A stretch of 31,354 nt of DNA from a virus. Lineage: Duplodnaviria > Heunggongvirae > Uroviricota > Caudoviricetes. A program made the translations under genes and the position numbers. The notes below the pieces were generated by a model. That model was given only the letters and a program-made list of their open reading frames with translations. It was not told the DNA's origin and searched no databases. How positions within the stretch are numbered: position 1 is the stretch's first letter; each line of letters opens with the position of its first letter. Shown piece by piece: positions 27,253 through 31,354 of the stretch. The DNA lies in IMG/VR virus record IMGVR_UViG_2531839531_000012. One strand, given 5' to 3'.

Positions 27253-29689
27253 TAACCTGAGACTTGAGGTTTTGCTGAAAGCGGTCGACCAGGCGACCCG
27301 ACCGCTTAAATCCATCCAGACCGCGAGTAAAACCCTGTCGGGTGATATTCGCGACACACAAAATGGGCTGCGTGACCTGAACGGGCAGGCCGCGAAAATC
27401 GACGGCTTTCGCAAAACCAGCGCTCAACTGGCCGTAACCGGCCAGTCGCTGGAGAAGGCAAAGCGCGAGGCTGAAGCGCTTGCCACGCAATTCAAAAATA
27501 CTGAGCGCCCGACGCGAGCGCAGGCACAGGTGCTCGAATCCGCAAAACGTGCCGCCGAGGGACTGCAGGTTAAATACAACAGCCTCACCGAGTCGGTTAA
27601 ACGCCAGCAACGCGAGCTGGGTGCCGCCGGTATCAATACCCGCAATCTGGCAAACGATGAGCGGGGGCTTAAAACACGCATCAGCGAGACGACGGCGCAG
27701 CTCAACCGGCAGCGTGAAGCATTGGCGAAGGTCAGCGCACAGCAGGCACACCTAAACCGAGTGAAAGAGCGATATAAATCGGGTAAGGAGCTTGCCGGTA
27801 ACATGGCTGCTGCAGGTGCTGCCGGGGTCGGTATTGCGACAGCGGGAACGATGGCCGGGGTTAAATTGCTGATGCCCGGTTATGACTTTGCGCAAAAAAA
27901 CTCCGAGCTGCAGGCTGTGCTCGGGGTCGATAAGCAGTCACCAGAAATGGAGGCGCTACGCAAACAGGCACGCCAGCTCGGCGATAACTCAGCGGCCTCA
28001 GCAGATGATGCCGCCGCCGCGCAGATTATCGTAGCCAAATCTGGCGCAGATAAAGACGGCATAGTGGCGCAAACACCGGCCATTCTGAATATGTCGCTGG
28101 CAAATAAAAAAACTATGGAGGAAAACGCCGCTTTGCTTATTGGCACCAAATCGGCATTCGGGCTCGCAGATGACAAGGCATCGCATATAGCAGATGTCAT
28201 ATCGATGGCGATAAATAAAACACAGGCATCATTTGAGGGATTAAACGACTCACTTACATATGTTGGTCCAGTTGCCAAAGATGCCGGTGTCAGCCTAGAA
28301 GAAACCGCCGCGATGCTGGGTGCGTTACACGATGCAAAAATCATAGGTTCGATGGCAGGAACCGGTAGCCGAGCTGTTTTAAGTCGACTGCAGGCTCCAA
28401 CTGGCAAAGCCTATGATGCCATTAAAGAGCTTGGCGTTAAGACGATGGATAAAAAAGGCAATACACGGCCAATCTTTACCATCCTGAAAGAAATACAAGC
28501 CAGCTTTAAGCGCAACAACCTCGGTACAGGTCAAAAAGCCGAGTATATGAAAACGATATTCGGCGAGGAAGCCAGTTCCGCTGCAAGTGTGTTAATGGCC
28601 GCAGCGGCCAGTGGAAAACTGGATGAACTGACCAAGATAATTAAGGATTCTGACGGTAAAACCGAGGAATTGGTTAAGGTCATGCAGGATAACTTAGGTG
28701 GCGACTTCAAAGAGTTTCAATCCGCTTATGAGGCCGTCGGTACCGACCTCTACGACCAGCAAGATAGCTCATTGCGTCAGCTAACTCAGACAGCAACACG
28801 GTATGTGCTAAAGCTTGATGACTGGATCAAAGACAACAAGGAGTTAGCGGAAAATATCGGCATCATCGCCGGTGGTGCGCTGGCGCTGATTGGTATCATC
28901 GGCGGCATTGGTCTCGTTGCGTGGCCGGTTGTCATGGGGATTAATGCCATTATCGCCGCTGCTGGCGTGCTGGGTACGGTCTTTACTGTCGTCGGTAGTG
29001 CCATTGCGACAGCGCTCGGTGCGATTACCTGGCCGATAGTGGCCGTCGGTGCGGCGATTGTGGCGGGGGCGCTACTCATCCGTAAATATTGGGAGCCCAT
29101 CAGCGCATTTTTCTCGGGAGTGATTGAGGGCATCATGAGTGCCTTTGCCCCAGTCGGGGAAATGTTCGCTCCACTGGCTCCCATTTTTGATGGTCTCGGC
29201 GAGAAACTGCGCGGCGTCTGGCAGTGGTTTAAAGACCTGATAGCACCGGTTAAGGCCACGCAGGAAACGCTTGATAGCTGCAAAAATGTCGGCGTCATAT
29301 TTGGTCAGGCACTGGCCTCTGCCTTGATGGCTCCGCTCAATGTTTTTAACAAGCTGCGCAGCGGTGTCGACTGGCTTCTCGAAAAGCTCGGCATCATCAA
29401 CAAAGAGTCGGACAGCCTCGACCAGACCGCCGCCAAAACCAATGCCGCCACACAGGGTAATTCCTACATCCCGGCAACCAGCACATATGGCGGCTATCAG
29501 GCTTATCAGCCAGTTACCGCACCGGCGGGGCGCTCTTACATTGACCAGAGCAAAAGCGAATACAACATCAATCTGCCGGGAGGTGTTGCGCCGGGGCATC
29601 AGCTTGACAGACAACTACGCGACACGCTCGAACAGATTGAGCGCGATAAACGCGCCCGCCAGCGTGCCAACATGACCCACGACTATTGA
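27245..29689 (+). CDS. T: Tail tape measure protein gpT
   Basis: 814 aa. Coiled-coil N-terminal region and a hydrophobic Gly/Ala-rich segment. Confidence 0.85.
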   Translation: MSNNLRLEVLLKAVDQATRPLKSIQTASKTLSGDIRDTQNGLRDLNGQAAKIDGFRKTSAQLAVTGQSLEKAKREAEALATQFKNTERPTRAQAQVLESAKRAAEGLQVKYNSLTESVKRQQRELGAAGINTRNLANDERGLKTRISETTAQLNRQREALAKVSAQQAHLNRVKERYKSGKELAGNMAAAGAAGVGIATAGTMAGVKLLMPGYDFAQKNSELQAVLGVDKQSPEMEALRKQARQLGDNSAASADDAAAAQIIVAKSGADKDGIVAQTPAILNMSLANKKTMEENAALLIGTKSAFGLADDKASHIADVISMAINKTQASFEGLNDSLTYVGPVAKDAGVSLEETAAMLGALHDAKIIGSMAGTGSRAVLSRLQAPTGKAYDAIKELGVKTMDKKGNTRPIFTILKEIQASFKRNNLGTGQKAEYMKTIFGEEASSAASVLMAAAASGKLDELTKIIKDSDGKTEELVKVMQDNLGGDFKEFQSAYEAVGTDLYDQQDSSLRQLTQTATRYVLKLDDWIKDNKELAENIGIIAGGALALIGIIGGIGLVAWPVVMGINAIIAAAGVLGTVFTVVGSAIATALGAITWPIVAVGAAIVAGALLIRKYWEPISAFFSGVIEGIMSAFAPVGEMFAPLAPIFDGLGEKLRGVWQWFKDLIAPVKATQETLDSCKNVGVIFGQALASALMAPLNVFNKLRSGVDWLLEKLGIINKESDSLDQTAAKTNAATQGNSYIPATSTYGGYQAYQPVTAPAGRSYIDQSKSEYNINLPGGVAPGHQLDRQLRDTLEQIERDKRARQRANMTHDY

Positions 29690-29702
29690 GGGGGATTAAA
29701 CG

Positions 29703-30188
29703 ATGATGCTTGCTCTCGGAATGTTTGTGTTTGAACTTCGCACCCTGCCTTACCAGTCGATGCAGCATTCGAAAGATTATCGCTGGGTGTCCAATGACCG
29801 GGTGGGTAAACCACCTGCCTATCAGTTTCTTGGCGAGGGGGAAACCTCTATACAGCTTGCTGGTACGCTATACCCCGCTATCACTGGCGGTTGGATCTCA
29901 CTTAAGGCTGTAGAGGTGATGGCCAATGAAGGCAGAGCGTGGCCGTTGATAGAGGGAACCGGAAATATCCTCGGGATGTATATCGTCGATAAAGTATCGA
30001 CTACACGCACCGAGTTTTTCAGTGATGGTGCGGCCAGAAAGATTGATTTCACGCTTTCGCTAAAACGGGTTGATGAATCGCTGACAGAGATGTTTGGTGA
30101 CCTGAATAAACAGGCCAGTGAGCTTCTCGGCTCTGCCGGTAATTTGACAGATAAACTGCAGGGTATGCCCGGAGGTTTCACTGCATGA
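29703..30188 (+). CDS. U: Tail protein gpU
   Basis: 161 aa. P2 U-like. Confidence 0.85.
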   Translation: MMLALGMFVFELRTLPYQSMQHSKDYRWVSNDRVGKPPAYQFLGEGETSIQLAGTLYPAITGGWISLKAVEVMANEGRAWPLIEGTGNILGMYIVDKVSTTRTEFFSDGAARKIDFTLSLKRVDESLTEMFGDLNKQASELLGSAGNLTDKLQGMPGGFTA

Positions 30189-31354
30189 TAACGGGGATGG
30201 CAATTGACGCCGGTGCCAGCCTTGCACCGGCTTTTATGCTGACGCTGAACAGTCAGGACATTACCAGCAATTTTAGTGACCGATTGATTTCTCTCACCAT
30301 GACGGACAATAGGGGCTTTGAAGCTGACCAGCTCGACATTGAGCTCGATGACACCGATGGGAAAGTCGAGTTACCCCTGCGCGGGGCAGTGCTGACGTTG
30401 TGGCTTGGCTGGCAGGGTTCGGCGCTGCTGAATAAGGGGGATTTTACGGTCGATGAGATTGAGCACCGGGGGGCTCCTGATACCCTGACCATCCGGGCGC
30501 GCAGCGCGGACTTTCGCGGCACGCTAAATTCCAGGCGTGAAGAGTCATGGCACGACACCACCATCGGCGAACTGGTCAGTACCATCGCAAAGCGCAACAA
30601 ACTGACGGCCAACATTGCGGAATCGCTGAAAAAAATCCCGGTACCGCATATCGACCAGTCGCAGGAATCCGACGCGGTATTTTTGAGTCGACTGGCTGAC
30701 CGCAACGGGGCAACGGTATCGGTGAAGGCAGGGAAACTGTTGTTTCTGAAAGCCGGTAGTGCGATGACGGCCAGCGGCAAACCCGTCCCGCAAATGACGC
30801 TGACCCGCAGTGATGGTGACCGTCATCAGTTTGCCATTGCCGACCGTGGGGCTTATACCGGCGTCACTGCTAAATGGTTGCACACCAAAGACCCGAAGCC
30901 ACAAAAGCAGAAAGTAACGCTGAAACGCAAGCCAAAAGAGAAGCACCTGCGCGCACTGGAACACCCAAAAGCAAAGCCGGTCAGCAAAAAGACAAAGGTC
31001 AAAAAAGAACAGGAAGCACGTGAGGGTGAGTACATGGCCGGTGAAGCCGATAACGTGCTGGCGCTGACGACGGTCTATGCCTCAAAGGCACAGGCGATGC
31101 GCGCCGCTCAGGCTAAGTGGGATAAACTGCAGCGAGGCGTTGCGGAGTTTTCAATCACACTGGCGCTAGGGCGAGCGGATTTATTTCCTGAGACGCCTGT
31201 ACGCGTGTCAGGCTTTAAGCGCGTCATAGACGAGCAGGCATGGTTAATCAGCAAGGTGACCCACAACCTCAATAATAACGGCTTCACGACGGGCTTAGAG
31301 CTTGAGGTTAAACTCTCCGATGTGGAATACAGCTCAGAAGAAAATGAGGAGTGA
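30185..31354 (+). CDS. D: Tail protein gpD
   Basis: 389 aa. P2 D-like, including the Lys-rich internal segment. Stop codon is at the window end. Confidence 0.85.
   Translation: MITGMAIDAGASLAPAFMLTLNSQDITSNFSDRLISLTMTDNRGFEADQLDIELDDTDGKVELPLRGAVLTLWLGWQGSALLNKGDFTVDEIEHRGAPDTLTIRARSADFRGTLNSRREESWHDTTIGELVSTIAKRNKLTANIAESLKKIPVPHIDQSQESDAVFLSRLADRNGATVSVKAGKLLFLKAGSAMTASGKPVPQMTLTRSDGDRHQFAIADRGAYTGVTAKWLHTKDPKPQKQKVTLKRKPKEKHLRALEHPKAKPVSKKTKVKKEQEAREGEYMAGEADNVLALTTVYASKAQAMRAAQAKWDKLQRGVAEFSITLALGRADLFPETPVRVSGFKRVIDEQAWLISKVTHNLNNNGFTTGLELEVKLSDVEYSSEENEE

Noticed and set aside
27203-29614. Several minus-strand ORFs (for example 27203..27751, 27880..28407, 28786..29298, 29072..29614) inside the tape measure gene
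   Set aside because: Antisense to gpT. Tape measure genes commonly give long spurious antisense frames.

Overview
The window is a near-complete P2/186-family temperate prophage, of the SOS-inducible 186 type, running from the integrase end to tail gene D. Gene order is: int (disrupted) - secreted moron - CI-like repressor (minus strand) | apl/cox-like - cII-like - small early ORFs - TraR-like - replication gene A - LexA-boxed tum/DinI-like locus - variable region - cos - Q/P (minus strand) - O N M L X Y K lysB lysC R S - minus-strand moron - V W J I H G - FI FII E/E' T U D. The left 2.3 kb is a nested mobile-element insertion: an IS911-like IS3-family element has truncated the integrase, and a group II intron has in turn interrupted that element's orfB. 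Four AT-rich cargo genes sit at module junctions in a GC-rich backbone. The two most likely to be an undescribed accessory or defence function are an HNH-domain protein in the A-to-cos variable region (9707..10417) and a 261-aa minus-strand gene between S and V (19894..20679). All calls rest on reading the sequence and recalled family features; no database search was run.
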